Below, in pieces: positions 40,660-55,488 of a DNA stretch of 64,000 bases. The notes under the pieces are model-generated. The model was not told the DNA's origin and searched no databases. It saw only the letters and a list, made by a program, of their open reading frames with translations. Source of the stretch: Octopus vulgaris (Eukaryota); assembly GCA_951406725.2 (NCBI GenBank), contig OX597829.1, forward strand, positions 2,294,001-2,358,000. Direction: 5' to 3'. Within the stretch, counting starts at the first letter, position 1. Every line of letters starts with the position of its first letter. Made by a program: the position numbers and the translations under genes.

Positions 40660-41140
40660 TTAATTTGTTTATTGGCCACAAGGGCTAACAAAAATCAAAT
40701 AAAACATTTAAGGACAAAATACAGGACAAAAGTTACAAAAAGGGTTTTGTCCGTTTGAAAAGTCTGTGTAAAAATGCAAGATAACAACGAAAATATATAA
40801 CAAAGTAAAGCTCCCAATAGGGGAGGTGCTTCGAAAAGGTTACTCATGGAAAAACCCATAAAAACCACGGGAGCCTGGTCAAAAAGGGGGTAGAGAGCCC
40901 TTTTCTCCTTTTATATTACCTTTTTTCACAGGTGTATCCTCAGAATTGGTCCGTTCATACTGGCCATTCTTCTGACATTCACCCACCTTTCAATGAATTT
41001 GCTACGAGATAGCACTTCCCTCTCTATTCTCATCTTCCTTTTCAAGTGAAACTTGAAAAAGTTGATGAGGCCTTGGCCAAAGAGGAAAGTGTCTGACTTT
41101 AGCCCTTTCAAACGGGTCCACCATACCATCTCTTTTGCTA
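40660..41140 (-). mobile_element. Tx1/L1-like LINE 3' end, related to 34190-34745
   Basis: KEMVWWTRLKGL..FFKFHLKRKMRIER..FIERW aligns by eye with the 34.4-34.7 kb peptide. Confidence 0.65.
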
Positions 41141-41477
41141 ATAATAATTATAATTATAATATCCTATGAAAAATATTGTCTACATAATCCCGCAAATATT
41201 TTAATCTGTAAACCTTGTTTAAAGTACTTTTAAACTTACATAATAGCAAACACCTTTTGCTGTCATCACACTATCATCTTACAATCCAAATTACTTTTAA
41301 AACAAACTTCTAATTTACATATTGTTTGACAGACATTCTCTAGAACAATGCTCTGTGCAAAACCCAAAATATGGCACCCTAGTCATAACACCAACTTGAA
41401 CTTCTAACCTGTTGTCTCTTGAGGTCTCTGGGTGAGACTTGGAGTCAAAAAGCCAAACATATAATAATAATAATAAT

Positions 41478-41920
41478 TCTGCTCAATACCACAGATTTGC
41501 TTGTCAGTTGTTTGACTTTAACCAGTTGAGCATGTCCCTTAGTGGCTGACGATATGTGCATCTCTGATCACGAGCAGAAGTAGTGGGGGAGCATCATAGC
41601 CATGTGTTGAGAGGGATTCTTTGGGGTTTGAATAATTCACCTCTGGAAACATGGGTGTTTCCTTCAACATCCTTAAACAACCCTTATTCAGGGACCTTTC
41701 GAGTGGGATGGGTTACTCGACCTGAAGAAAATTCTAACTGGGCCCCACCTGCAAGGTCATGTGCTGTTTATTTTGATATGAGATCACTATGTCGCGCACA
41801 TATGGTTGTGATGCATGTGCCTAGGGTACCCTTATCAGACGGGTAGTCATGATGGGTATACTGGGCTTCGTATATTTTACCCCAGTGTCACTTTGATGGT
41901 ATGCACTGCTCTCTCACTCA
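41478..41920 (+). repeat. Dispersed repeat (partial inverted copy at about 1858-2012)
   Basis: gggcccc..gcaag..atcttgatatgagatcac..atatggttgtgatgcatgtg..cttatcaga is shared; ends in (AAT)n. Confidence 0.6.
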
Positions 41921-43044
41921 ATAATAATAATAATAATGATAATAATAATAATCCATTCTACCATAGGCACAAGGCCTCAAATTTGGGGGAGAGGGTATAT
42001 TTCCTACTATAGACACAAGGCCTGATAGGAGTGCGTAACTGGTACTTAATTTAAAGGCGGCAAGCTAGCAGAAACATTAGCACGCCGAGCAGTATTTCGT
42101 CTGCCACTGAGTTCAAATTCCGCCGAGGTCGGCTTTGCCTTTCATCCTTTTGGGGTAGATAAATTAAGTACTATTTACGCACTGGGGTCGATATAATTGA
42201 CTTAATCCGTTTGTCTGTCCTTGTTTGTGCTCTCTGTGTTTAGCCCCTTGTGGGTAGTAAAGAAATAGGTACTTAAATTATTGGCCCCAAAAGGATGTCA
42301 AGCAAAGTCAACCTTGCCAGAATTTGAACTCAGAATGTAATGATGGATGAAATGCCACTAAGCATTTTACCCAGTATGTTAATAATTCTGCCAGCTTGCA
42401 CTTTTATTCAGTGGCATTTATGTCAATATTGTGGATGACATTAGGTAGACATAGACACTTAAAGTACTTTAATCAATACACTACCAGACGTATAACCAAA
42501 CTTTAATTAACTACTTATATTTCATTCACATATTATTCTGTCCATTTTAATATATTTAATTGAATGCTATTGTTTTCCCATGTAAATTATTGTCAACAGA
42601 CTGCGCTCATTTCCATTTCTCTTTTGCGAATTTATCTCTCACTTATTTTATTTGTTTCGTGTCTGGTTTCATATTCTCCCCCTTTTTATTTTGTTTTGTA
42701 TTTTTATTTTTGTTTCTTGTGCACACATTTTTGGCATATATTTATCGCATGTAGATCTACTTTCTCAAAACATACATGAACACACACACACACACACACA
42801 TATAAGTATGTGTGTGAATGTGTAATATATAGATGTGTATGTATTTGTGTGTATGCATGTGTGTGAATGTCTTTGGAACATGAAGAATATTAAAAGAAAT
42901 TCCTGTGAAATGATATCACCAAATTAATCCAAATATTAACCAAAAATCATTCTTACTTTGCCAGACTATAGACTAGGTGGAGTACAATCTGACATAATTA
43001 CTGACTCTACAAAATGTACTTGTGTATATATATATATATATGTG

Positions 43045-43075
<31 letters not shown>

Positions 43076-43078
43076 GTG

Positions 43079-43385
43079 TGGAGGCGCAATGGCCCAGTGG
43101 TTAGGGCAGCAGACTCGCGGTCATAGGATCACGGTTTCGATTCCTAGACTAGGCTTTGTGAGTGCTTAATGAGCGAAAGCACCTAAAGCTCCACGAGGCT
43201 CCAGCAGGGTGGGTGGGGGGCAATCCCTGCTGTACTCTTTCGCCGCAACTTTCTCTCACTCTTTCTTCTGTTGACCTGCTCGCTTAGCCAGCGGGGTGGC
43301 GTCATTTGAAGGCTAAAACAATGCGAAACGCATTGTGACCAGCGATGTGTAGCAACATCTGATAGCCTGGTCGGTCACGGTGATC
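43079..43385 (+). mobile_element. tRNA-derived SINE (fourth family)
   Basis: ggcgcaatggcccagtggttagggcagcagactcgcggtc...ggtttcgattcc tRNA-like head followed by a GC-rich body, embedded in (TA)n. Confidence 0.7.
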
Positions 43386-43394
43386 ATGGTGATC

Positions 43395-43443
<49 letters not shown>

Positions 43444-46400
43444 ATATACATATGCATGTGCACACACACACACACTCATACACATACATACATCATCGTT
43501 TAACGTCCGTTTTCTATGCTAGCATGGGTTGGACAGTTCTGGGAAGCCAGAAGGCTGCACCAGGCTCCAGTCTGATCTGGCAGTGTTTCTACTGCTAGAT
43601 GCCCTTCCTAACACCAACCACTCCGCGAGTGTAGTGGGTGCTTTTTCCATGCCACCGGCACAGAAGCCAGTCAAGTCGGCGCTGCTATATATACATATAT
43701 AAACATATACATGCATACATATATATCAACAACAGAAAATGGAATTCGTGAGACTATTCAAATCCACTACAATTGTTTCAACTCATCTTGCATCTGTACC
43801 TTGCATGTGCGATGTTGTACAATCAATTGTCTTGCATCACAGGCGCAGACTACATCCATTCAATCCACTCAGCCGACAAAACTGAGTGATCCTACAATGG
43901 ATTGATGTTCCACCCGTGGCAGAATATATATACACCACAAAATCTAGGAAACCAGTTACATTAAGCAGAATGTCACTAACATTTGTGGAAGATGTTCACA
44001 GACTTCTCCCACAAAGTTTGTCCTGTCTATCAGTTCAGACTAGAACCAGGTGCTTAAAAATAGGTATTACTGACCAGAGCAAGTGCGAGTAGGTAATCTG
44101 ATAAGTAATAATAGGTAGAAATAATAGTAATTTCATGTGACATGATATTAATGATATAAGAAGCAATTTTAGTTTTGTGGTTAATCAGACTTGTGATATG
44201 TCTGTTTCAGACATATCACAATTATGTGGCACCATCACCAGTACTTTTTAGTTGACACCATTATCACTGCTTTTTACGAGGAGGAGGAGGAGGAGGAGGA
44301 GGAGGAAGCGGCGGCGGCGCCATCCGTCCGTCCGTCCGTCCGTCCATCCATCCATCTATCCATCTGTATCACATGAGCAAAAGCATTCTAGTCATATTGT
44401 ATATCTATAACTATGTTATTCCATGTATGTTTGTCATTTTCAAGATCTCATACTATAACTATGAAGGACTTGCACTGCTATTTCTACTATATTAATCAGC
44501 CACTTCAAGACTCCCTAACATTATTTGAGTACAGACTGATGTTCTCCCAGGCTGTGTCCTAACAATCTTTCTATTCAATAAAGTTTGCAAGACTAAAAAA
44601 AAAACAAAAAAACAACTGTGGTTCTTGAGGAAACTTACACGATAATGACTCAGTTCTCATAAGAGAACAACTAGGTTGAAGATTACCTTTTACTTGTTTC
44701 AGTCATTTCTCAGGATCTTGAATCTTACAGAAGAGAAGACAAAGAACCAGTGTGACTGGTGAAATTCAGTACTCGGAAAGATCTGCTCATCTTGGCAAAA
44801 GTGAATTTGAGGAAGCAAGTGTGGATATATTAAGTACAACTGGCAACCTCACCAATTTCCTCTTCAAGCCATCCCAACTATCTGTACCTATTTCGTTACA
44901 ACCCACAAGGGGCTAAACACAGAGGGGACAAACAAGGACAGACAAACGGATTAAGTCGATTATATCGACCCCAGTGCATAACTGGTACTTATTTAATCGA
45001 CCCAGAAAGGATGAAAGGCAAAGTCGACCTCGGCGGAATCTGAACTCAGAACATAGCGGCAGACGAAATACCTATTTCTTTACTACCCACAAGGGGCTAA
45101 ACACAGACAAATGGATTAAGTTGATTACATCGACCCCAGTGCGTAACTGGTACTTAATTTATCGACCCTGAAAGGATGAAAGGCAAAGTTGACCTTGGCG
45201 GAATTTGAACTCAGAATGTAACAGCAGATGAAATACGGCTACGCATTTCGCCCGGCGTGCTAACGACTCTGCCAGCTTGCCGCCTATCTGTACCACTTAT
45301 CAGTCTCATTACACAAAACGGCTTCAATACATATCTTGATTCTTAGTACTGTCCCTTCAAATTTTCTTTCCTTCTTTGCCAGTATACAACTCTCACTCTC
45401 CCCATACGTTATGTCTGCCACTCACATTAAACTCTTGCTACCCAACCATATCATTTCTGTCCTGTCTACTGTATCATTATTACTCTTCTGTTGTTTAATC
45501 ACACACCTCCTACTACCCTCTTCTTTCCTATCTCATATGTATCATTGATCACTCCCACCCCTTACCCATCATTCATTACATCCACCCCTCACCTCTGCCT
45601 AATTTCTACAGTTGTCACCAACACTTCCCTATCTTCCCTACATATCCGTACCTCAACACTTCTTCATTCATTATATTCACCTCCACCAAATCATTCCAAC
45701 CCTCTCTTTTATGAAGTCTAGTCACACAGATCCTATACAGAAAGAAATTTGTTCTAATCTGGACCTTCCTCTCACCTCTCTTCCTTCATCCTACAACATA
45801 GAGCCATCTCCTTTTTTTACTCTGATCTCAATTGAAGTGGACTATCTGTTGTATGATGACCACACTAAGGCTGGTGCTACAAAAAGAAGGTAACCAGTAC
45901 ATGTTGGTAAAGTGGTTGGCTTTAGATAAGAGCATCCAGCCATAGAAAATATATCAAAGCAGATATTGGAGCATGAAGCAGTTCTCAGATCTATTAGATC
46001 CTATCAAACTGTCCAACTCATGCCAGCATGGAACATCACCATCATCATCATCATCGTTTAACGTCCGTTTTCCATGCTAGCACGGGTTGGACGGTTTGAC
46101 CGGGTTCTGGGAAGCCAGGAGACTGCACCAGGCTCCAGTCTGATCTAGCAGCGTTTCTACAACTGGATGCCCTTCCTAACGCCAACCACTCTGTGAGTGT
46201 AGTGGGTGCTTTTTATGTGCCACCGGCATAGGTGCCAGGGGAGGCTGGCAGCGGCCACGATCGGTTGGTGCTTTCTACGTGCATGGACACTGTATATGTT
46301 AATGATAATTATGATGATATATATCCAAGAGAGTGTGTATCATCATCATCTTTTTAGTAATTTTATGGAAGTAACACAGAAGTGTCATCATTCATCAGCC

Positions 46401-46530
46401 CCTGAGTCATATCATGTTTCCAATTCTTTATCAAATACACACACATGCACATATTTACATATACAACTATATACACATATATACATGTCTCTTCTAAGCA
46501 CCAGGGAACACGATATTGAAAAATATGGTG

Positions 46531-46567
<37 letters not shown>

Positions 46568-47387
46568 CACACGTGTGTGTGTGTGCATGCACGTGTGTGT
46601 GAAGGAGGAAAGTTACCAGTGTAAATAATTCATACAAAATGGACATAATACACTGAAGCAATGTAGAAGCTGTCGGGTTACCAATCCTCTAAAGTTAAGA
46701 TATTATCAGCATAGTTATACATTGTGCAAGGAAATCCAATTCAATGTTATTTAGACATGTTTGAGACAGTAAAAATAAGAATATTAGTAACTTTAAAATC
46801 GCTTTAAATATATTAAAATATGCCAAACATACAAAGGATATCAAAGCTTATAATCTTTACATCTCTAAGAAGATGAATATAGATTAATCCATAGAGATTT
46901 CTTTTTAAATATTTCTTTTGAGTTAACATCTTTTTGTCACCATGAGTCAGAATGTTTGTTAAAAGATTTCAAAATATCTTACGGTCGGTTTAACACTGCA
47001 TATCTCTGTATTACACTGTTGACTACTTCAAAGCAATCAAAGGACTTAATTTTGTTTACATACAACTACATGCAACTTTTAACATTTTGCATATATTCAG
47101 CAGTTGTTCATTTCATATATAATATCTTCTGCTACGTTTTGATTATTTCTCAAAGATTACAGACAGGACAGTTGTTATTTGTAAAATTGCACTTTCAAGC
47201 AATCGTTAGCAGAATTGTAAGCATGCCAGGCAAAATGTTTAGTGGTATTTCATCTGCTTTTATGTTCTGAGTTCAAATTCAGGGTTGATAAAATAAACAC
47301 TAGTTGGTTACTGAGGCCAAAGTAAATTGACTTCTTCCAACCCACACCCAAAATTGCTGGCCTTAATTACCGTTAAAATTTGAAACC

Positions 47388-47418
<31 letters not shown>

Positions 47419-47599
47419 GTACGCACAGATTTATTTATTTATTTAATAGAATAAACTCTTACAACAAGGATATTTGTTTTATTTTTTAAAATATTTAAAA
47501 GCAATGGAATTCAAAAAGTTCAAGAATTTATAATATAAAAACACAGGGAAAAAAGTAATGAAAATACAGGAAATATTTGAAAACTTGTCATATCTATAG

Positions 47600-47631
<32 letters not shown>

Positions 47632-48199
47632 ATGCGTGTGTGTGTGCGTGTGTGTCGAATGTGTATTTTGTCACTTTCCAACCCTATCCATTACTTAACA
47701 AACAATGGTGACTTGTTTTAAGTCCCCCGCCTAACTCAGCAGTTTGGCAAAAGAAACTGAAAAAATAAGATATATAAAATTTAAAAGAAGACATAATTCA
47801 AGGCAGTGCCTCAATATGACCACAGTCTAATGACCGAAACAAGTAAAAGTTAGAACTAAAAAATAGATATTCACAGTGGACACTGTGGGCAGAGAATATG
47901 TTGGATGTTGGAATATGATTTAACTCATTAAATAATGGTAAAGAATAAATCAAAGATGAGGTTGCTATGGAACATAAAGAAAATGTGGAGAATCAGACGA
48001 TGGAAATTGAAAAAGAATAAATTTGGAAAGAGATAAGATTCTAGTGGAAGTAAGTTAATGGGAGAGAAAGTAAAAAGATTATTGAGAGATAAGCATGAAA
48101 AGTGATTTAAACATCAAAGACTAATTAAAGTGAGTTAATTAAATAAACAAATAAGGAATCCGTGTGTGTTTGTGTGATGATATGTATAAAAGCACACAC

Positions 48200-48236
<37 letters not shown>

Positions 48237-48238
<2 letters not shown>

Positions 48239-48540
48239 TAAATGTGATTGAGGGTGCCAAAACACTTATACTGCTAGAAATAAGAGTCAAAGACTCTTAA
48301 TGCTATAAGAAGAGCACAATATATATACACTGAGAGGGGAGAAAACTGTCCCATGACCATCTCTAGAATCACTAGACTAAACTAGTCTCACCTATTTGGT
48401 TGGTACATCAGTAGTGAGTACTGAAATGGTCGATGGCTTGACTAAATCCATAGGCCAATATATATATATACAGCCTTAAGAGTCTTTCACTCTTATTTCT
48501 AGCAATTTAGGTACTTTGGCACCCTCAGTCACATTCAGTG
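48237..48540. mobile_element. MITE-like element with ~65-bp inverted termini
   Basis: aatgtgattgagggtgccaaa..tgctagaaataagagtcaaagactcttaa is inverted relative to ttaagagtctttcactcttatttctagca..tttggcaccctcagtcacatt. Confidence 0.7.
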
Positions 48541-48835
48541 ATGATAAAATTATTCCTTTTTGGTATTACATTGCACCTAGTTATTTATATTAATTTTTAA
48601 TATACAGATTACCATTTCCCTAAACCACCAAAAAATTTTATAGCAAAAATATATATACTGGCAGATGGATTTAGCCAAACTATTGACCAACAGCAGCCAT
48701 AATCCTAAAAGAAGAACAAGTCAACATCATCGGTAACCACTGAGCCGCAGGTTTTATAATAATAATAATTATAATTATAATAGTAACATGGGAAAATACC
48801 TTAGGAATGAGAACCCAGGTTCGAAATTCCCCCAA

Positions 48836-48882
48836 GACACTTGATGAAGGCTGGAGGGTATATCAGCCGAAATGTTGTGTTA
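48836..48882 (+). ncRNA. Hammerhead-like motif in a ~170-bp repeat (slightly decayed; related copies at 15097-15140 + and 13846-13892 -)
   Basis: GACAC-UUGAUGA-A-GGCUG(GAGGGUAUAU)CAGCC-GAAAUGUU-GUGUU; the other two copies have CUGAUGA. Confidence 0.55.
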
Positions 48883-48924
48883 ACAACAAACAAGACAAAT
48901 ATCCGTCGAATGTAAATGATGTAC

Positions 48925-48959
<35 letters not shown>

Positions 48960-48974
48960 CACACACACTCATAT

Positions 48975-49315
48975 GTACTACTTGTACTTGTACTTGTGTC
49001 GACATTTACCGTGGGCGGGTTGAGTCGGCTTCTTCTACCACCCTTGAGGCATCTCGAACTATGGCAGCCAACGCACGACGGTCCTGCGCCAGTTCACTGG
49101 AGATAGCGAGCCAGTCACGGTTCCATCAGTGCAGGCCAAACACCTGCAGACCCGTGAGCACGGAGAGGTCCTCCTTAATCGTTGTAACCCAGGTCTTCAG
49201 CTGCCCGACCGCGTGTTTCTGCCAGTTGGGAAGTGGAGTCGGGAGAAGGACATCACGGCTCAGTTCACCCACCGGACGCCTACATGCATGGCCAAACCAC
49301 CGCAAGCACCATTGC
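48975..49315 (-). mobile_element. RTE-like LINE 3' fragment with (TACAAG)n tail
   Basis: LRWFGHACRRP..GQLKTW..IKEDL; cttgta repeats at about 48980-48996. Confidence 0.7.
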
Positions 49316-50224
49316 ATATGCACACATATCTATATACACACACCTACACACATATGCATATATATACACATGGAAGTATATAAAAATAGATATGCATATA
49401 TATATATGTGTGTGTGTGAAGATATATATGTATGCACACACACACACACACAAGTGCTTATACACACACCAGTGCTTGTTTCTCTTTTACATCTGTCTTT
49501 CAGCATCCGACATAAATCCCCAGCCCCTTAGTCATTGGGGGCTTTTCTCTTTCCTGTTCTTTCTGTCTTGCAACTTACTTGATGATCTCACTCGTGCCAG
49601 TTGCACAAAAAAAAAAAAAATCCCAGTACATACCTATTTCTTTACTACCCACAAAGGGCTAACCACAGAGAGGACAAACAAGGACAAGTCGATTATATCG
49701 ACCCCAGTGCGTAACTGGTACTTATTTAATCAACCCCAAAAGGATGAAAGGCAAAGTCGACCTCGGTGGAATTTGAACTCAGAACGTAGCGGCAGACGAA
49801 ATACCGCCAAGCATTTCTCCCGGCGTGCTAACGTTTCGGCCAGCTTGCTGCTGGTTAACATTAAGAAGGGTAGCCAGCATACCAAAGTTGGAAATGGAGC
49901 TCAGTGCAGCTCTGTGGTTTGCTAGACCCTAGCAAATCGTCCAACTCATGCCAGCATGGAAAAACAAACATTAAATGATGATGATAATACAACATGCGAT
50001 ATATATATATATGTTACTCTTACTCTTTTACTTGTTTCAGTCATTTGACTGCGGCCATGCTGGAGCACTGCCTTTAGTCGAGCAAATCAACCCCAGGACT
50101 TGTACTTTGTAAGCCTAGTGCTTATTCTATCGGTCTCTTTTGCTGAACCGCTAAGTTATGGAGACGTAAACATACCAGCATCGGTTCTCAAGCGATGTTG
50201 TGGGGGACAAACACAGACACACAA

Positions 50225-50275
<51 letters not shown>

Positions 50276-50575
50276 TACGACAGGCTTCTTTCAGTTTCCG
50301 TCTACCAAATCCACTCACAAGGCTTTGGTTGGCCCGAGGCTGCCACACAGTGGGACTGAACCCGGAACCATGTGGTTAGTAGGCAAGCTACTTACCACAC
50401 AGCCACTCCTGCACCTCTCTCTCTACCAATTATATGTTTTTATTATTTTTTTGCAATTTACTTAATCCTCTGTATTTTATTGTTATTTTAACTTTAATAT
50501 TTCTATTATATGTAATTTTCCGGATGGTGTAATTTAATTGTTCATTTTGAATTGATAAAAGGTGTTTTTTTTCTA

Positions 50576-50618
<43 letters not shown>

Positions 50619-50697
50619 TGTGTGAAATTTGATTTAGTATTTCTAAACTGAATTTTTTTCCCTGTAAGTTAGGATTAATTTTCCCTCAAATAATTAC

Positions 50698-50746
<49 letters not shown>

Positions 50747-51568
50747 GAGAGAGAGAGAGTGACTGTAGCAAGCAGCTAAATTACTTATGGAAAACTGAAT
50801 GAAACCTTTCTCAGATCAATGCCAAAATAACAACAAAAAAAACTGAAAAAGAAATGTTCAATGAATGTGGTTAAAGGTCACATAATCTGTCTGGTTGTCA
50901 CGTAGCCCTACCCACCACCACTACCACCACCACCACCACCACCATCACCACCACATGTAATATCATCCCTCTCACTTTCAATACTGCTGCTGCTGCTGCA
51001 GTCGTCGTTGTTGTTGTTGTTGTTGTCATTAGCCTTGATCTTTTATCTTTATGCTAGTAATAATTGTAGTGACCTAGTTTCTGGTTGTTTTTTTTTATGA
51101 AAGACATTTTGTTGTTATTGTTAAATAGAATAAAATTGTGTCTACGAGTAAAGATAATTCACCAAGAATCTTTATAACATTACGACCGCATCAACCCCTC
51201 CTCTACTACCACCATCTGCCCCCTCCCCTATTTACCTTGGAATAGATTATCAAATGTTGTTATTCATCGCTGGTTACATCTGAGTTTCTATTTTTGCCTT
51301 GGTTTCCCCCCTTCCATTTGAGTCCCTCGGTTTTGTTTTTTTTTCCTTCAAGGCATAGGCATGGCTGTGTGGTAAGAACCTTGCTTCCCAACCACATGGT
51401 ACTGGGTTCAGTCCCACTGTGTGGCACCTTGGGAAAATGTCTTCAAACTATAGCTTTGGGCCAACCAAAGCCTTGTAAGTGGATTAGGTAAATAGAAATT
51501 ATCATATACACACACACATACACATATTCCGTTGTCAAGCAGGAGGACAAACATAGACACAAACAGAC

Positions 51569-51606
<38 letters not shown>

Positions 51607-53437
51607 GTTTAACGTCCGCTTTTTATGCTGGCATGGGTTGGACAGTTCGACTGGGGTCTGGGAGGCCAGGAGGCTGCACCAGGCCCAGTCTGATATGGCA
51701 GTGTTTCTACAGCTGGATGCCCTTCCTAACACCAACCACTCCGAGAGTGTAGTGAGTGTTTTTTACATGCCACCTGCACAGATGCCAGGCGAGGCTGGCA
51801 ACGGCCACGATCAGTTGGTGCCTTTTATGTGCCACTGGCATGGAGGCCAGTCGGGGCGGCACCAGCACTGGTATCACAACTACAATTTCCATTGTTTTTT
51901 GAGCGATTTCAATATGTATATATATATATATATAGGGATAAATGTTTTATACATAAAGAACGTGAAATACAGGAAGGGACAAACACGGAACACAGACAAA
52001 TCATTCAAAGCCTTCAATATATACGATGGGCTTCTTTCAGTTTCCATCTACCAAATCCACTCACATGGCTTTGGTCAGCCCAAGGCTATAGTAGAAGAAA
52101 CTTGGCCAAGGTGCCATGCAGTGGGACTGAACCTGGAACCATGTTGCTGTGAAGCAAGCTACTTACCACACAGCCATGTCTGCACCTATATATACATATT
52201 CTTCTACTCTTTTATGTTTCAGCACATGCATGTATGCGTGTCCCCGACCACTGTTTGACAACCGGTGGTGGTGTGTTTACATAACCCATAACTTAGCGGT
52301 TCAGCAAATGAAACTGATAAAATAAGTACCAGACTTTTAAAAAGAATAATCACTAGGGTTGATTCCTTAGACTAAAAACTTTGTAGAAGGCGGTGCCCCA
52401 GCATGGCTACAGTCTAATGACTGTAAAAGATTAAAAGAGATAACTGGAATTTATCATGAGGTGCCCCTCCCACCTTTCCTGTTCTCTGCCCCTCCCACCT
52501 TTCCGCTCTCTGCCCCTCTCTGACTCTCCCTCTCTCTTCTTATCCTCCATTCTTGCCTCTCTTTTCTTGACGACAGTCAAAACTAAAAGTACAGCACTCA
52601 TTGACCTTTTTTTGCTGTACCTCAAAGACTGGTGGTCATGGTGGCGGTAAAGCATATCTAACGAGAGCATATCTAATCTCTGAAATAAGTAGGGAGAGGT
52701 GGAAACATGGTGTGAACATGTAAAGGTATAAGAATTCTGTTAAAGGCCATGCCCACCCAGTAGATGAATTTGGTTTAACGCATACAGTTGATCCTACAGA
52801 CTTCCACACAGGATTTCCTGCCCCTCAATGTTAATTATATAACAAAGTGTCAGCCAATGAATAGATAGTTTCAAGGGAGCTTTTCAGCCTGCTAGACATA
52901 GCAGCCAAATACCTAACAATTTACTTTTAAGATTCATTTTTTTTTTTTTTTGTGAGAATCTTGACATGAATACATGTGTTGGAACGAATTTTATGGAGTA
53001 TTGGGGGAGTCATTACACCAGTAATAATAACACGTGCCACTTCTGTTTGTTAGTCAGTTGGTCAAATATACAACCAACTACCTAACCAGTGGATTGTTTA
53101 ATGTGATGGTTTAAACAATCAATCAGTCATTTATTAGTCAAAGCTTTTTGGTTGCTGTTTGCAACCTTTTCAGTGACTTAGTGACTTTCCTTATCATTCC
53201 AAGTACTGCTCTGAGTCTGTTTCACAGCTCATTAGATAATTAATATATCACACTTGCTGGCATAAAATATGGCAAGGGTATACTAGACACACCCCAATTT
53301 TTGCAGCACACATTCAGGTAATAAGAAAAGAAACAAAAACAAGGGTTGTAGTGTATTTAAAGCATGTAATACAGGTGTATGACATGGGTGACTCTTTTAT
53401 TTCAGACATTTGCTGGGTGGGAATAAAAGAGTATCTA

Positions 53438-53883
53438 GGATCTTTTCGGTTTGAACGGCAGTTTTTTCTTGCGGTGTCATATGAAATTGTCACCCATAAT
53501 TATGACCCTGGTATCGATCTATTGCATTTCAATGTTTTAGGGTTAGGGTTGGTTAGGGTTAGTTAGGGTTAGGGTTAAGGGTGGGGGGAAAGGTATCTTT
53601 TTTTCTTCATAAATGTAAATAAACCCAATCTGTTTCTAAAACGAAGAACATATTCATACGGCACAGAATGTTTTTTTTACCGCAATAGATGTCAGTGATT
53701 GGTTGAAATTGCAGAAATTGAAGAAAAAAACCTAGCAAATATCTTACAAACTATAGAATTTTCTCAATAAAGCCAAGAGAAAAAGATGTTTTATAAACAC
53801 ATTCTACCAGTATACGAAGTTTAAAAGTGTTTAGTTACATGAAAAATTATTTTAAAAAACTGCCGTTCAAATCGAAAAGATCC
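53438..53883. mobile_element. MITE with ~30-bp TIRs, possible 9-bp TSD and internal TTAGGG repeats
   Basis: ggatcttttcggtttgaacggcagtttttt is inverted relative to aaaaaactgccgttcaaatcgaaaagatcc; flanks gagtatcta / gtgtatctg. Confidence 0.8.
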
Positions 53884-55446
53884 GTGTATCTGTCTTGCTA
53901 TTAAATATGACAGACATGGAATGCATACTGACTGGAGAAAATGGTCATGGCTTGGAAAATCTTAGTCATGAGATTAACTGGATCAGGATTAATATGAGGT
54001 GGAACTGAAAATTGCCAACATCACTTACCATACAAAAATTTTGCTAGCTATAAATTTTCAAATATTAAATGTACACACACACACACACACTCTTTTACCT
54101 ATCAAAGGAGAAACAAGCACGTCTACACACACATGCACAAAACTGAACTTCCACCAACCAAACCTATTTGTAAGGCTTTAGTTGGCCTGAGGCTATGGTA
54201 GAAGACACTTGCTTAACGTGCCATGCAGTGGGATTGAACCTAGAACCATGTGGTTGGGAAGCAAACTCCTTGCCTACACATCTATGCTACCATCTATTTA
54301 TATATATTTCTTTACTACCCACAAGGGGCTAAACACAGAGGGGACAAACAAGGACAGACAAACAGATTAAGTCGATTATATCAATCCCAGTGTGTAACTG
54401 GTACTTAATTTATCGACCCCGAAAGGATGAAAGGCAAAGTTGACCTCGGCAGAATTTGAACTCAGAACGTAATGGCAGACGAAATACCTATTTCTTTACT
54501 ACCTACAAGGGGCTAAACACAGAGAGGACAAACAAGGACAGACAAATGGATTAAGTCGATTATATCGACCCCAGTGCGTAACTGGTACTTATTTAATCGA
54601 CCCCGAAAGGACGAAAGGCAAAGTCGACCTTGGCGGAATTTGAACTTAGAACGTAGCGACAGATGAAATACTGCTAAGCATTTCGCCCGGCGTGCTAACG
54701 TTTCTGCCAGCTGGTATATATATCGAATGATATATATACCAGCATGGACAATGGATGTTAAATGATGTATGTATATATGTATATAAAAATTTTCAGGTTT
54801 CAAAAGAATCAGATATTTAAATAGGAAAAGTAACAAGGTAGAATCAGGGATGGTGCACCTGTGTACCAACAATGCATACTGACATACACTTACTAAAGTA
54901 AATATGGATTTACTCTTTCAGTCATGTATACATTCACAAGTAACCAGCTGGATACACAATGTATTGTCAAAGTCATACAGATGTACACTCACAGCACATA
55001 TTCTGCTTTGACTATAGACTCCGGATCCAAACATATGGAAGGTTCTGACTGTGTTATTATTTATATATATATATATATTGCTGACCACATCTGATGTTCA
55101 GCTGTAGTCAAGGCTGTAATGGATACCAGCTGCTGAAGACCAAAAATTATGACAAAAGTATGACAAATGACCAAGTCCTTTGGCAATATACTGTGCTTGA
55201 GAAGAAGACCCATCAAGCCAAGTGATATCACAGTCATGGCAGATACTGGCACCCATGCCGCTGGCACCTGTGCCACTGACACATAAAAGCATCAATCACA
55301 CTCTCAGAGTAGTTGCATCAGGAAGGGCGTCCAGCTATAGAATCCATGCCAAATCAGACTAGAGTCTGGTGCATCCCCTCAGCTTATCAGTCCTGGTCAA
55401 ACTATCCAACCCATGCCAGCATGGACAACAGATGATGATGATGATA

Positions 55447-55488
<42 letters not shown>

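Noticed and set aside
49233-49925. Longest ORF in the track (230 aa)
   Set aside because: It is a chimera of antisense LINE, microsatellite and SINE sequence.
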